The notes under the pieces were generated by a model, which made no database searches, was not told the origin of the DNA, and was given only the letters and a program-made list of their open reading frames with translations. Below, in pieces: positions 51,007-60,734 of a DNA stretch of 64,000 nt (positions are counted from its first letter, which is position 1; every line of letters begins with the position of its first letter). The translations under genes were made by a program, and so were the position numbers. The stretch is from NCBI GenBank assembly GCA_019057385.1, contig JAHQJS010000007.1:811685-875684 (forward strand), in the 5' to 3' direction. The stretch is from Candidatus Borrarchaeum weybense (GTDB taxonomy: Archaea > Asgardarchaeota > Sifarchaeia > Borrarchaeales > Borrarchaeaceae).

Positions 51007-51981
51007 TTGTTAAAATTTGAAAAGCCACAAGAAATATTTAGAATTGGTAATGTTGAGATCGGAGGGCAACCTGGAGAATTGCCTACCGTATTAGTTGGAA
51101 GCATATTCTATTATAAAGATAGAATTGTTGAGAACCAACATCAAGGTATTTTTAAGAAGAAAGAAGCACTACGAATAATCAATAAGGTAGATACCATATC
51201 CATGAAGACAGGAAATCCCTACGTGATAGATATAGAAGCAATTAGTAATCGTTCAATTGAAAAATTCATAGACTTTGTTTCGGAAGTAACAGAGGCACCC
51301 TTTTTTATAAATAGCACTAATATCCCAGTCAGGCTACATGGTGCCAAGTACGTAAATGAAAAAGGTCTCCAAAATAGGACAATCTACGCTTCTATAAATT
51401 TCAAGGTAGAAAAAAGTGAAATTGAAGTGCTAGAACAATCAAAAATAGATGCTGTACTAGTTCAAGCATTTAACCCTCAAAACCCGTGGTCTAAAGGAAT
51501 GATGAAGATTATGAGAGAGGGACTCAATGGAGAAGGACTTGTAGATATGGTAATAAAGGCAGGAATAAAAAAACCCCTCCTCTTTGCAAACATCTACGAT
51601 GTACCGAGCATTGGTATCGGTGGAGAAACTGTCTACATGTTAAAAAATGAGTTTGGTTTGCCGAGTGGTACAGCTCCGGTGGGTGTAGTCGGTGTATGGG
51701 GGAAAACGAAAGAGGCCAAAGAACTATATGCGCAAATAACCAGTATTTGTGGCGCAAACGCCGCAGTTTTCTCAAAACTCATGGGATCAGATTATATACA
51801 TTACGGTTCTTTGAAAAGAGCCGCAAAAATTTTTCCATCAGTTGCCATGATTGATGCTATAATAGCTTATAATGCAAAGTTATACGGAGTTGAACCAAAG
51901 ATAATAACACCTGCCTTACAAGATTTTTTTGATACTCCTGACAAAACAGTACCTCCGAAATACTTGCACGCTGAAAATTAA
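51007..51981 (+). CDS. mtrH: MtrH-family methyltransferase, divergent paralog 3
   Basis: KFEKPQ, GGQPGELPTVLVGSIFY, FGLPSG. Confidence 0.8.
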   Translation: MLKFEKPQEIFRIGNVEIGGQPGELPTVLVGSIFYYKDRIVENQHQGIFKKKEALRIINKVDTISMKTGNPYVIDIEAISNRSIEKFIDFVSEVTEAPFFINSTNIPVRLHGAKYVNEKGLQNRTIYASINFKVEKSEIEVLEQSKIDAVLVQAFNPQNPWSKGMMKIMREGLNGEGLVDMVIKAGIKKPLLFANIYDVPSIGIGGETVYMLKNEFGLPSGTAPVGVVGVWGKTKEAKELYAQITSICGANAAVFSKLMGSDYIHYGSLKRAAKIFPSVAMIDAIIAYNAKLYGVEPKIITPALQDFFDTPDKTVPPKYLHAEN

Positions 51982-52173
51982 AATAAGAACATATAGGACG
52001 ATATCGAGGGAGAATGTCTATTCAATATGCACGACTTGATACGACATCTATGGTTCATCTTACGAATTGAAAGAGATGATGCGGGAAAGAATTAAGTATA
52101 GTTTATTGAGTAGACATTTTGGATGATGAAAAACCTCTTTTGAGATGAAAAATCTTTTATAATGACGTGTCTT

Positions 52174-53910
52174 TTAGAAGACTGTATATTTTTTCTCGTG
52201 ATCTTTATACTGTGGCAAATGGCTCGCAGACAAAAAGCCAGGCAATTGTCGCCCTATGGCATCGGGGGGGATCTCTTCTTTCTTTTCCTTTTTTAAATTG
52301 AGCATATCGTCAATCCTCAAAATCGATATAGCTGTCTCACACGCTCCTTTGAATATTGCTTTAGTAACTGCCAATGGCATAATGATACCAGCGTTCATCA
52401 TATTATCAATTTTCTTACCTAACGCATTATATCCATACCACATATTGGCAGACTGTTGATGTTCCGCAATGAGGAAAGGTAGAATATCTAATGAATTCAA
52501 CCCTGTATTTGTCACCAACGCTCTTGGAATGCAAAGCAGAGCATCTGCAAAGGCTTTTACAGCAAATTGTTCCTTACCGTGAAATTCTCGTGAAAACTCT
52601 GTCAGTCGTTTTTTCAATTCTACCTCAACAGCCCCGCCGCCAGCAACTATCTTATTACATTTGAAAAGATTTGCTGTAGCGTAAAGAACATCAAGCACTG
52701 TTTTTTCGACATCCTCCATTATTTCTTTCGAAATGCCACGTATTAATATACACACTGATTGCGGGGTTTTGCATCCCTCAATAACAACAATTTTATTATC
52801 ACCAACTTTTCTCTCCTCAACCAAATTGGCTGATCCTAAATCCTCTTCCTTTAAGTCGTCAAGATCTCTAACTATATTTGCATTACAAGCCTTGGCAACC
52901 CTTAGTATAAATTTTTGCTTTGCAGCCCATCGATATAGTGTTACAGCCATAATTCCAGCTCTGGCCAGAAAATATGCCGCCAAATCATCAATACGTTTTT
53001 CACAGAAAACAACGTTTGCACCTGCTGCCTTTATCTTATTTACCCAATCTTTTAAGATCTGTGCCTTCTTATCTATGAAAGGTTTGATTAATTCTGGATT
53101 ATTTATTTCAATCTTTCCCTGAACTGTAGGAGGGTGATGTTCAAGTTTTTCTATCTCTAAAGGATGAGTAAGAACTGCAATCTTCGGATTTTTGACGTGC
53201 TTCGGCATTTGTGGATGAATCAATTGTTCATCCATAACCATTCCGCGTACAAAAATTGAATCGTTAACGGTCTTACCAGGTTTTTTAACGATATGAACCA
53301 GATCAATATTAGCAATCCAGTTGTTGTCTCTTTTTTCCTTGATTCGTTCAATAACATCAAGAACGATATCTGTTAATACTAAACTAGCCTTTGCACCCAG
53401 TTTGGTAGACATGATGGTATAGACTACTTTTTTGAGAATCTTTCTATCAGCAGACTCTATTTCTACTGCAATCTCGTCCAGAATCCTAAGTGCTTTCTTT
53501 AATGCCTCCTTGTATCCATGAATAATAATTGAAGGATGTATCTTATCGTCTAATAGTCTCTCTGCGCGTTCTAGAAACTCGCTTGCTAATACAACGGACG
53601 AAATAGAGCCATCACCCGTTGTATCCTTTTGAGCGGTTGCCAAATGGATCAGAATCTTTGCTACAGGATGCCATATGCTCATTCTTTTAAGTATCGTTGC
53701 CCCATCACAAGAGATAATGAAGTATTTGAGACTATCTACAAGGAACTTCTTCGAACCGCTAGGACCAAGACTTTTCTGTAGAATAGCTCTAATTATCTTT
53801 GCGATCAAAATATTACTCTTTACTAACTCTGAGCCATTTAACTGACTTATACCTTCTCTAATCAGTGGAGAAGTCATTAGTGCAGCATCTATGTTTGACA
53901 TCTCTCTCAC
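52174..53910 (-). CDS. Divergent group II chaperonin (thermosome/CCT-like)
   Basis: LGP.G..K, DGATIL, HPVAK, GDG, IHP..II.GY, GGGAVE, ILRIDD. Confidence 0.88.
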   Translation of the reverse strand: MREMSNIDAALMTSPLIREGISQLNGSELVKSNILIAKIIRAILQKSLGPSGSKKFLVDSLKYFIISCDGATILKRMSIWHPVAKILIHLATAQKDTTGDGSISSVVLASEFLERAERLLDDKIHPSIIIHGYKEALKKALRILDEIAVEIESADRKILKKVVYTIMSTKLGAKASLVLTDIVLDVIERIKEKRDNNWIANIDLVHIVKKPGKTVNDSIFVRGMVMDEQLIHPQMPKHVKNPKIAVLTHPLEIEKLEHHPPTVQGKIEINNPELIKPFIDKKAQILKDWVNKIKAAGANVVFCEKRIDDLAAYFLARAGIMAVTLYRWAAKQKFILRVAKACNANIVRDLDDLKEEDLGSANLVEERKVGDNKIVVIEGCKTPQSVCILIRGISKEIMEDVEKTVLDVLYATANLFKCNKIVAGGGAVEVELKKRLTEFSREFHGKEQFAVKAFADALLCIPRALVTNTGLNSLDILPFLIAEHQQSANMWYGYNALGKKIDNMMNAGIIMPLAVTKAIFKGACETAISILRIDDMLNLKKEKKEEIPPDAIGRQLPGFLSASHLPQYKDHEKKYTVF

Positions 53911-54501
53911 CTATGCTATTCTTACTCGAAACTTAATGATTATCATACCGATCAATGAATCCAGTCCTTTTACTTATATTATTTCAGAAATCACTTTGCT
54001 AATGACTCCATATACCTTTTTGTGCAAAATCACATTTTTGAAAGATTTTAAGAATGTATTTAAGACGTCATTTTACATGTTTGTAAATAATTTACTTGGA
54101 ACTAAGCCATAGATTGCACTTTCCTTTGATTTGCAAATAAAGGACTAACTCACTTTGGCTTTAAGCAAATTTCAAAAAGATTCTATAAATTCACAATATA
54201 TAGAGATACAAGTCTGGGAATGAAACGAGGAGTTATTCTCGAAGAGCTGGAGAGGCAGCATATATATATACTTATGCGTTGGCAAACACCAGAGTTCAAA
54301 ACTGTTTTGATCCTCCCTTTTAATTTTGAGGATATGTACATTCATTGATAGGTTCATTTGAGCAAAGAGCAATCCGAGGTGGTAATTGTCTACTATCAAA
54401 TGTTATAAAGTTTTTTACTCGAACGAATACGCCAATAACTCAAGAGGAATTTTGTAGGGATCGTCTCTTTGCAAGGCTTAGTGTGATTGTACATGCATAT
54501 A

Positions 54502-54948
54502 CTACGATTTACTTTTTTTTCTTCTTTTTTTAAATGAAAGTAAACAATTCTGAAATTCATCAAAAGATTTTTTGGAAATAATGCCGATTAAATTACCATC
54601 GTCATCAACCACACAAAGCCTGTTTATCGTAGTCCTCTCGAATTGGGACGCAATATCAAAGACTCTATCATTTGAGAATACGGAATATATGGACGACACC
54701 ATCACATCTTTTGCTATAAATTCGCAAGGATTCTTGCCTTCCGAGATTAATTTGACAATTACTCCTTCGGTAATAATACCAACAGGCTTGTTCGAGTTTA
54801 TAACAAGAATGCTATCAACCTGATGGCTGATCATTAATTCAGCAACTTTTGTTAAGTTATCTTCCAGATCACATGTAACAATATCTATAACCATATCAAT
54901 CGCTAAGGGAGCGATCTTATTAATTTCTTCACTCATTTTCTTCACCAT
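54502..54948 (-). CDS. CBS domain pair protein
   Basis: VAELM, PVGIITE, AKDVM, VVDDDGNLIGIIS. Confidence 0.85.
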   Translation of the reverse strand: MVKKMSEEINKIAPLAIDMVIDIVTCDLEDNLTKVAELMISHQVDSILVINSNKPVGIITEGVIVKLISEGKNPCEFIAKDVMVSSIYSVFSNDRVFDIASQFERTTINRLCVVDDDGNLIGIISKKSFDEFQNCLLSFKKRRKKSKS

Positions 54949-55064
54949 GTTTTTAGGTTCTTCCTAATCAAATTAGATCCGATTATTTTTTGCTGTGAAT
55001 GCCGGAAAAAGAATTATCAATTCCTTTAAAAAATAAAAAAGGTTGAGGGGAATTGTCAAAGTCG

Positions 55065-56327
55065 CTAGAAGGGCTTTGCAATTCTTTTTATTTCTGCTGT
55101 GCTTTCCGTGGGTTGAAGCGCCTCTAAATCAATTGGAAATGTACCGTATTCTTTTACCTTTCTGATAAGGTATTTGAATCTTTGCATTGTACATGCAGGT
55201 GAAACCGTGTCCAGTTTGACAGGTACAGAGCCTCCTCCTGGTGCTGTATCTCTTATATGTCTTCTTACTCGTTCATCTAAGATCTCCAAGGCAGCATAAT
55301 TGATGGTTTCAGCATCGGTTCCGACAACCCAGAGTTTCTTGTTTTTCGCAGATATTTTTTTTGCAGCAGCTAAGTCAGCTATTCGTGTATCCATCCCATA
55401 CATGAACACAATGAATCCACTATTATCCATGTAATGTTGCCAAAAGTTTTTCCAGTCATCAACAGCTTCGTAAAATCTGAATACGCCCCAGTTGTTATAG
55501 GGTGTTCTCTTTATGACCTTCATAGCAGCTGGCATTGCGAATTCTTCCCAGTTCTTTGTACCGATCAGCGGAACGTCGCATGCGGCAGCCCACATGAAAG
55601 GAAATAGTGTTGGTGCATGGGGCTTTACAACTTCTTCGTATTGAAACTTACCATAGTCGGTCGCTAAATCCACGTATAAGTCTAAGACTTTCCACAAGAA
55701 TTCAGGATCTCTGCGTGCCCATTTAATAAGTCTTGTGAATCCCATAGTCTTAAATGCGATGTCCCAAGGGGTAGCTTGGAAGTAGAAGGGTGTAAGACGA
55801 CCGGGTAAGGTCTCAAATATTGTCTTCATTATACCAGCAAAAAATGGTCCTCTGCCCTCTGTACTTAAGTCGGGTACTCTTAATTTGTCAAAATCTGCCT
55901 TCTCTTTGATTATTTCTCCATCTGGTGCTACACAGGGGTACGACGTTGTTGGACGGAGGAGTTTGCACCCTAGTACTTCAGGCTCGATGTTGTATACATC
56001 AAAGTCAGCCTGTGGAAACTCATGTTCCAGCTTGTCTACAACCCAATATTGACTCGCCACGAGTTTTTTATAGCTATAGCAGCACTCAAGTAAAGGAATT
56101 TTTGAGTGGTGTGAGGCAAACGTTTCCATAAGCCCAGTAGGCCCAGGTATTCGCCATTTAGGTTCTTTATAGGTTGCAAGTCTTGCTATGGCTTCAGCAG
56201 GTGTCTCAGGATATTTATCAATTCTAGCCTTGATTTTTTCTGTGTGTTCTTGGATTCTCTTTTCCATTTCTGGCTCTGTCTTTTCCTCGTATACTTTCTC
56301 ACCAAATATAGTTTCTCCAAAACCCAT
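55065..56327 (-). CDS. Uroporphyrinogen decarboxylase-family methyltransferase (divergent MtaA/CmuA-like)
   Basis: YNIEPEVLGC, DPE, EEFAMP, APGGG, VKEYG; co-transcribed with corrinoid protein. Confidence 0.7.
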   Translation of the reverse strand: MGFGETIFGEKVYEEKTEPEMEKRIQEHTEKIKARIDKYPETPAEAIARLATYKEPKWRIPGPTGLMETFASHHSKIPLLECCYSYKKLVASQYWVVDKLEHEFPQADFDVYNIEPEVLGCKLLRPTTSYPCVAPDGEIIKEKADFDKLRVPDLSTEGRGPFFAGIMKTIFETLPGRLTPFYFQATPWDIAFKTMGFTRLIKWARRDPEFLWKVLDLYVDLATDYGKFQYEEVVKPHAPTLFPFMWAAACDVPLIGTKNWEEFAMPAAMKVIKRTPYNNWGVFRFYEAVDDWKNFWQHYMDNSGFIVFMYGMDTRIADLAAAKKISAKNKKLWVVGTDAETINYAALEILDERVRRHIRDTAPGGGSVPVKLDTVSPACTMQRFKYLIRKVKEYGTFPIDLEALQPTESTAEIKRIAKPF

Positions 56328-56343
56328 TTTTTATACACCTCTA

Positions 56344-56985
56344 TTAAACTGCTCCTATTAGTCTTTTACACTCGCGTACAGCATCAGCTGCATCTCTGCC
56401 GAATCCGTCCGCATTGTATTGAATTAACATATCACGATATGCGCCAGCACCACCGATTATATATTTTACTTTGTCCCTAACACCAGCCTCAGTAAGTGCC
56501 TTCTCAATTGCTGGAAGCTCTATATCAGCTGTTGATGTAGAATAGGCGGAAGCCCCAATTAACTCTGGGTTGTATTTCTTTATTGCCTCAACGAATTTTT
56601 CAGGATAGACATCTGAGCCCAAATCAATGACTTTAAATCCAGCACCTCTCAGAAATGCACCAACAAGGTTTTTTCCGATGTCATGAACATCTCCTCTAAC
56701 AACTCCAAGAACTATCGTCGCAATAAAATCTGCGTTACCACTTTTTTCCAATTCAGGAAGGACAATATTCAGGGATTTTTTCGCAGCTTCACCAACCATC
56801 ATTAGATCAGCAATGAAGTACTCTTTTTGCTCAAGTCTTTTCCCTGCAACTGTCAAGCCATTTTTCATCGCATCGATGACTTCCATTGGCTTTGCACCTT
56901 CATTAACCGCACGTTTTGTCAGCGCTTCTGCATCGTCATCTTCGCCCTCAAGAATAGCGTTTTCTAAGTCCTTTAAAGTAGACAT
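56344..56985 (-). CDS. Methyltransferase cognate corrinoid protein (MtaC/MttC-like)
   Basis: Cap domain (EYFIADL) + GDVHDIGKNLV B12 motif, GASA, IIGGA. Confidence 0.9.
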   Translation of the reverse strand: MSTLKDLENAILEGEDDDAEALTKRAVNEGAKPMEVIDAMKNGLTVAGKRLEQKEYFIADLMMVGEAAKKSLNIVLPELEKSGNADFIATIVLGVVRGDVHDIGKNLVGAFLRGAGFKVIDLGSDVYPEKFVEAIKKYNPELIGASAYSTSTADIELPAIEKALTEAGVRDKVKYIIGGAGAYRDMLIQYNADGFGRDAADAVRECKRLIGAV

Positions 56986-57632
56986 TTTTTCTATCTCTCC
57001 TAGTTTTGATCCATTTTACATATTTTTTGGATGAACCTCTATTTTCAAGAAGTCCATTTAAGTTATAGCGAATTATTATTATAGTTTTACTATAAAAAGT
57101 TTATTACTTAATAATAATTTTTTTGTATTTATGATATAATTTATTATAATTATGAATATGCTTTTTTCAAATAACAATTTAATACATCCAATCCTGGTGT
57201 TTCCTTTTTACGAAAAAATCGTACTATGAAGTCGGTATTCTACATCGGATCGATATTCATTCGGGCGAGCCCTTCAGGGTATTTTAATAAAGAATAATTT
57301 TCTTACAATTAGTTTATAAGCTCCGCGTAGTGTAAAAATATAAGAATGCCAATATTAACGGAAAGAAGTCACAGGTTACATTCTGCATGTGAAACTGGCA
57401 TAACAAGAAGGATCCTTTGTCAGTTGCATATTTTATTTGAGCTCCTGCAAATCAACCAATTTCACTCTTTAAAGGATTAATGGAATCGTGAATTCAAACA
57501 TTTTAAAAATGTACTTACCTTAATACTTATAAATATGGATTAGATTTTTATTATAATTAGTTTGTATTTCCCTAATATAATATTTGAAAACGAGATTATG
57601 TAGCGGAAACTATTATTCGCATTATCTATAGA

Positions 57633-58778
57633 GTGATTGCAATGGACGTATCGATACTCAAAATTAAGGAAGACCTTTTAGAAAAGGTAAAACTAGCAGT
57701 AATTGATGGCAACGATATTATAATCGGTAAATATATATTAAACGTATTGAATTCGAACATTCCAAATCCATTTGACTCTATTATGACCGTTCTTATTGAA
57801 GGCATTAAAAGAGTTGCAGATATGTACGAAACAGGAGAATGTGAGCTGCCAGATTTGATACTAGCGGGGGAATCACTCAAAGAAGCACTTAGTATTATAA
57901 CAAATAACGTGCGCGACCCCTCTAGTTTTTTACAAATAAAAAAAGGAAAAGTTATCCTAGGAACTGTAGAAGGTGACACTCATGATATCGGCAAAAATGT
58001 CGTTGCAGCCATGCTTCAAGCTAATGGTTTTGAAGTTATAGATCTCGGACAGAACGTACCACCTCAGATATTCGTCGAAAAGGCAGTAGAAGAAAAGGCG
58101 AATATTATAGGGGCCTCTTCATTTATGTCAAGCACTAGAAATTCTCAAAAAAAGATTTTAGAAGAATTAGAAAAGGTGGGACTTAGAGATAAAATTATTT
58201 TTCTCATCGGTGGGGCTGCGGTCTCAAAAGATTATGCCAAAACGATTGGTGCAGATGGATATGCGAAAGACGCTTTTGAGACAGTTGAACTGCTTGAGGG
58301 CTTGGTTAATAACCAAAAGAAAATTACACCAGAAAAAAATCACAAATTATTACTTAAAATGGAAGAAAACAGAAAAATGATTGAACAATTAGCTGATCAA
58401 GTCAAACAGTTTCAAGATATTATTGGGAAGACAACTAGTAGAGAAGTGAATGTTGATAAAAGTCGCCTTTTAATTTCGCAGAAGTTCATAAATGTCAAAA
58501 ATATAACGTTTTCAGAAGAAAAGGTTTACAAAATATTATCAAGTTTGTCCAACAAAGTTCGCTTAAGGGTTCTTATGGCTCTATGGCAAAAACCTTTACA
58601 TTTTTCCGAAATCGAAGAAGTCATATCAGTTAAAGGCGGTCATCTTCAATTTCACGTGGGAAAATTAAAAAACGAAGGATTAATTGAACAAAAGAAGAAC
58701 CGAGGAAAATACTCAGTTACTCAAAAAGGCAAAAAAGTAATAATGATAACAAGTCAATTATCATCGCTTGAGAATTAA
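57633..58778 (+). CDS. Corrinoid-binding protein fused to C-terminal ArsR-type winged HTH (putative regulator)
   Basis: GDTHDIGKNVV, IGGAAV, GADGYA then LSNKVRLRVL...FSEI...GGHLQFHVGKL..GLI...Y.VT.KG. Confidence 0.82.
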   Translation: MIAMDVSILKIKEDLLEKVKLAVIDGNDIIIGKYILNVLNSNIPNPFDSIMTVLIEGIKRVADMYETGECELPDLILAGESLKEALSIITNNVRDPSSFLQIKKGKVILGTVEGDTHDIGKNVVAAMLQANGFEVIDLGQNVPPQIFVEKAVEEKANIIGASSFMSSTRNSQKKILEELEKVGLRDKIIFLIGGAAVSKDYAKTIGADGYAKDAFETVELLEGLVNNQKKITPEKNHKLLLKMEENRKMIEQLADQVKQFQDIIGKTTSREVNVDKSRLLISQKFINVKNITFSEEKVYKILSSLSNKVRLRVLMALWQKPLHFSEIEEVISVKGGHLQFHVGKLKNEGLIEQKKNRGKYSVTQKGKKVIMITSQLSSLEN

Positions 58779-58809
58779 CACACACTTAGAATATTCTTGG
58801 CAAGAGTAA

Positions 58810-59097
58810 GTGACATCCTCCCCAGCCGTTCGGCTGGGGCTTACAGCTTTCCATCGTGGTCTCGTTCCCTCACGGGAAGCGATGTTTCGCCTACTTCTAT
58901 GGGCTTACGGAAACTTACCAGGTTGCACACGCTGCTCAATCACTATCCTGCCCCTTATTCAGGGGAATTTCTTGCGATGCTGGATAGCGACCTCATGCAC
59001 GGGCTTCCTCACGCTTACCCCTGTCACTACGCTGACTGGTCGCTTATGGGAGGATATGCCTCCACCCCAGTCGGAAGGGGACTTCCCACCGCATAAG
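58810..59097 (-). mobile_element. ~290 bp ORF-less IS200/IS605 derivative made of structured RNA (stand-alone omega-RNA-like)
   Basis: GC-rich island; right end AAGCCCCAGCCGAACGGCTGGGGAGGATGTCAC; multiple stems with GNRA loops on minus strand. Confidence 0.7.
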
Positions 59098-59631
59098 TTA
59101 AAAAGTAAATCGCCAAAAAAAATCAAATCGAGTTTCGTGTGGGCTTATTTTATTAATCATCTAATTAGTTCCAGCGTCTATTAGGCAATTTACAATGTGG
59201 CTGAATGATAGGATATAGACCCCTTCTACCTGGGCAGTTTTCGCTGAAGGAGGTATCTACTCGCCTTTAGACTGTGACAGTTCAAAAAGAAATAATATGT
59301 GCGTAAGGATAGTTGAGTGATATCTAAACTAAAGACCTCTAAAATCAAAAACATGCATTTACTCATTTCTTAAACAGTTTAAACGAAGCAAGATTGCCTT
59401 GATAGAGAAAATTCTCCAGATACCCTTGGAAGCGATACGAAGATGATCGCATAGTGAATATAGAGAATTTTGCTGGTTTCAACGAGAGATAAAAATTATT
59501 CAAAAAAATTGAAGTTTTTAAAGCAAAATGTGATGAATCGTGATTATATCAATGCCAGCTTTGACCTTTGGCTGGAAATGAACATATCTCCTGATAACAG
59601 AGCAAAGGGGCAAAAAATTGCTTATGATTCA

Positions 59632-60315
59632 TCAAATATTATATTCGCAGTGTTGGGTAAGAGATTCACCGCTAAAAGATTTCTTTCGGTATTCACAAGT
59701 TCTTGGACAATATTGGCAGGCAAAGTATTCTTCTGGTGTGGCCGCGAAAATGCCTGAAAGTGATTTTCTAGGTATCATTAAAAAACTGGGCGTAAGATGA
59801 ACCCCTATAGTCCCAGTCGGATTCAAAATCTGAAAAATAACCTCTTGTTGCTTGATATCAAAGAGTTTACCTGTTCCAGATCCCGGAGTAAAGTTGGATA
59901 TTGTGCTTCCCAATTTTTCTTTCATTAAAGATCTGACGTAGGCAGCTGCTTTCTCTACTGCGTAATCTGCTATACACTCCATGATAAATCCTCGAAGTAT
60001 GCTACTTTTAGTTTCTTCTGAAGCTTTTTTTTCCAGTCCTGGTCCAATTGTAACTATATAGGGAACTACTGTTTGATTAACTTTTAATACTTCACCAAGG
60101 ATCGAACTCTTTAGAATGTATTCGCTTTCTAATTGGATTTCATCCTTCTTAATACTAGTCACTTTTAATAAGGTGTATACTGTCGTAGGTTCAATCAATC
60201 GACGGCAGTCCTCTATAAGCGGTACTACTTTCGTCTCCTTCATTCTTCTGTTTTTTAGAGTTCGTATTAAGTCCCTAGCATCTAAATCAATAGGTATGAA
60301 ATCAATTACTTCCAC
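59632..60315 (-). CDS. Methionine synthase activation-domain-like protein with C-terminal CxxC..C..R, copy 1
   Basis: VTIG..LE, PG.G, Q..IF..L, IGV.LTPS.LM.P.KS.SGI, CQYCPR.C..R. Confidence 0.78.
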   Translation of the reverse strand: MEVIDFIPIDLDARDLIRTLKNRRMKETKVVPLIEDCRRLIEPTTVYTLLKVTSIKKDEIQLESEYILKSSILGEVLKVNQTVVPYIVTIGPGLEKKASEETKSSILRGFIMECIADYAVEKAAAYVRSLMKEKLGSTISNFTPGSGTGKLFDIKQQEVIFQILNPTGTIGVHLTPSFLMIPRKSLSGIFAATPEEYFACQYCPRTCEYRKKSFSGESLTQHCEYNI

Positions 60316-60639
60316 GAAAACGCCTCCTTAATTAAAGCAATTGTGAGTTTGTGGCGGAAGTTCTGTATCCCTGGAAGTAATATAAGAATATCGGGTCTAA
60401 ATAAAAGGAGTCCGTTTTCAATACCCGATAAAACTTTATAACAATGTCACATCCTTTTGCAAGAGACTTGAGGGACACCATACTCACTTTGTCGATAGTC
60501 TCTAGCGCATTATCCAATAGGCTTCTCAAATTAGTAAGATTTGCTTTCTTCTCTTCTAATTGCAACGAGAAGAATTTCTGAGAATTCATCCACAGACTCA
60601 AGCTCGTGGCTTTCTTGAGGTGTCTCATAAGAAAAAATA

Positions 60640-60734
60640 GGTACTTATTTTGAATAATGAAGGTAGGCACACCCAGGATCATGTAAAGGAGAGATAGACT
60701 TTATCAAAATCCATTGGAGGGATATGCCTACCTT
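60640..60734 (-). ncRNA. Candidate sRNA/leader RNA copy B
   Basis: TTTTATAC box 60763-60756; 15-bp stem AAGGUAGGCAUAUCC/GGGUGUGCCUACCUU with G-U pairs; loop contains UCUAUCUCUCCUUUACAUGAUCC. Confidence 0.55.

Noticed and set aside
54172-54500. Short ORFs between chaperonin and CBS genes
   Set aside because: Short, mutually overlapping and without motifs.
58797-59184. ORFs 58797-59096 and 58810-59184
   Set aside because: They overlay a structured GC-rich IS derivative and show no protein motifs.
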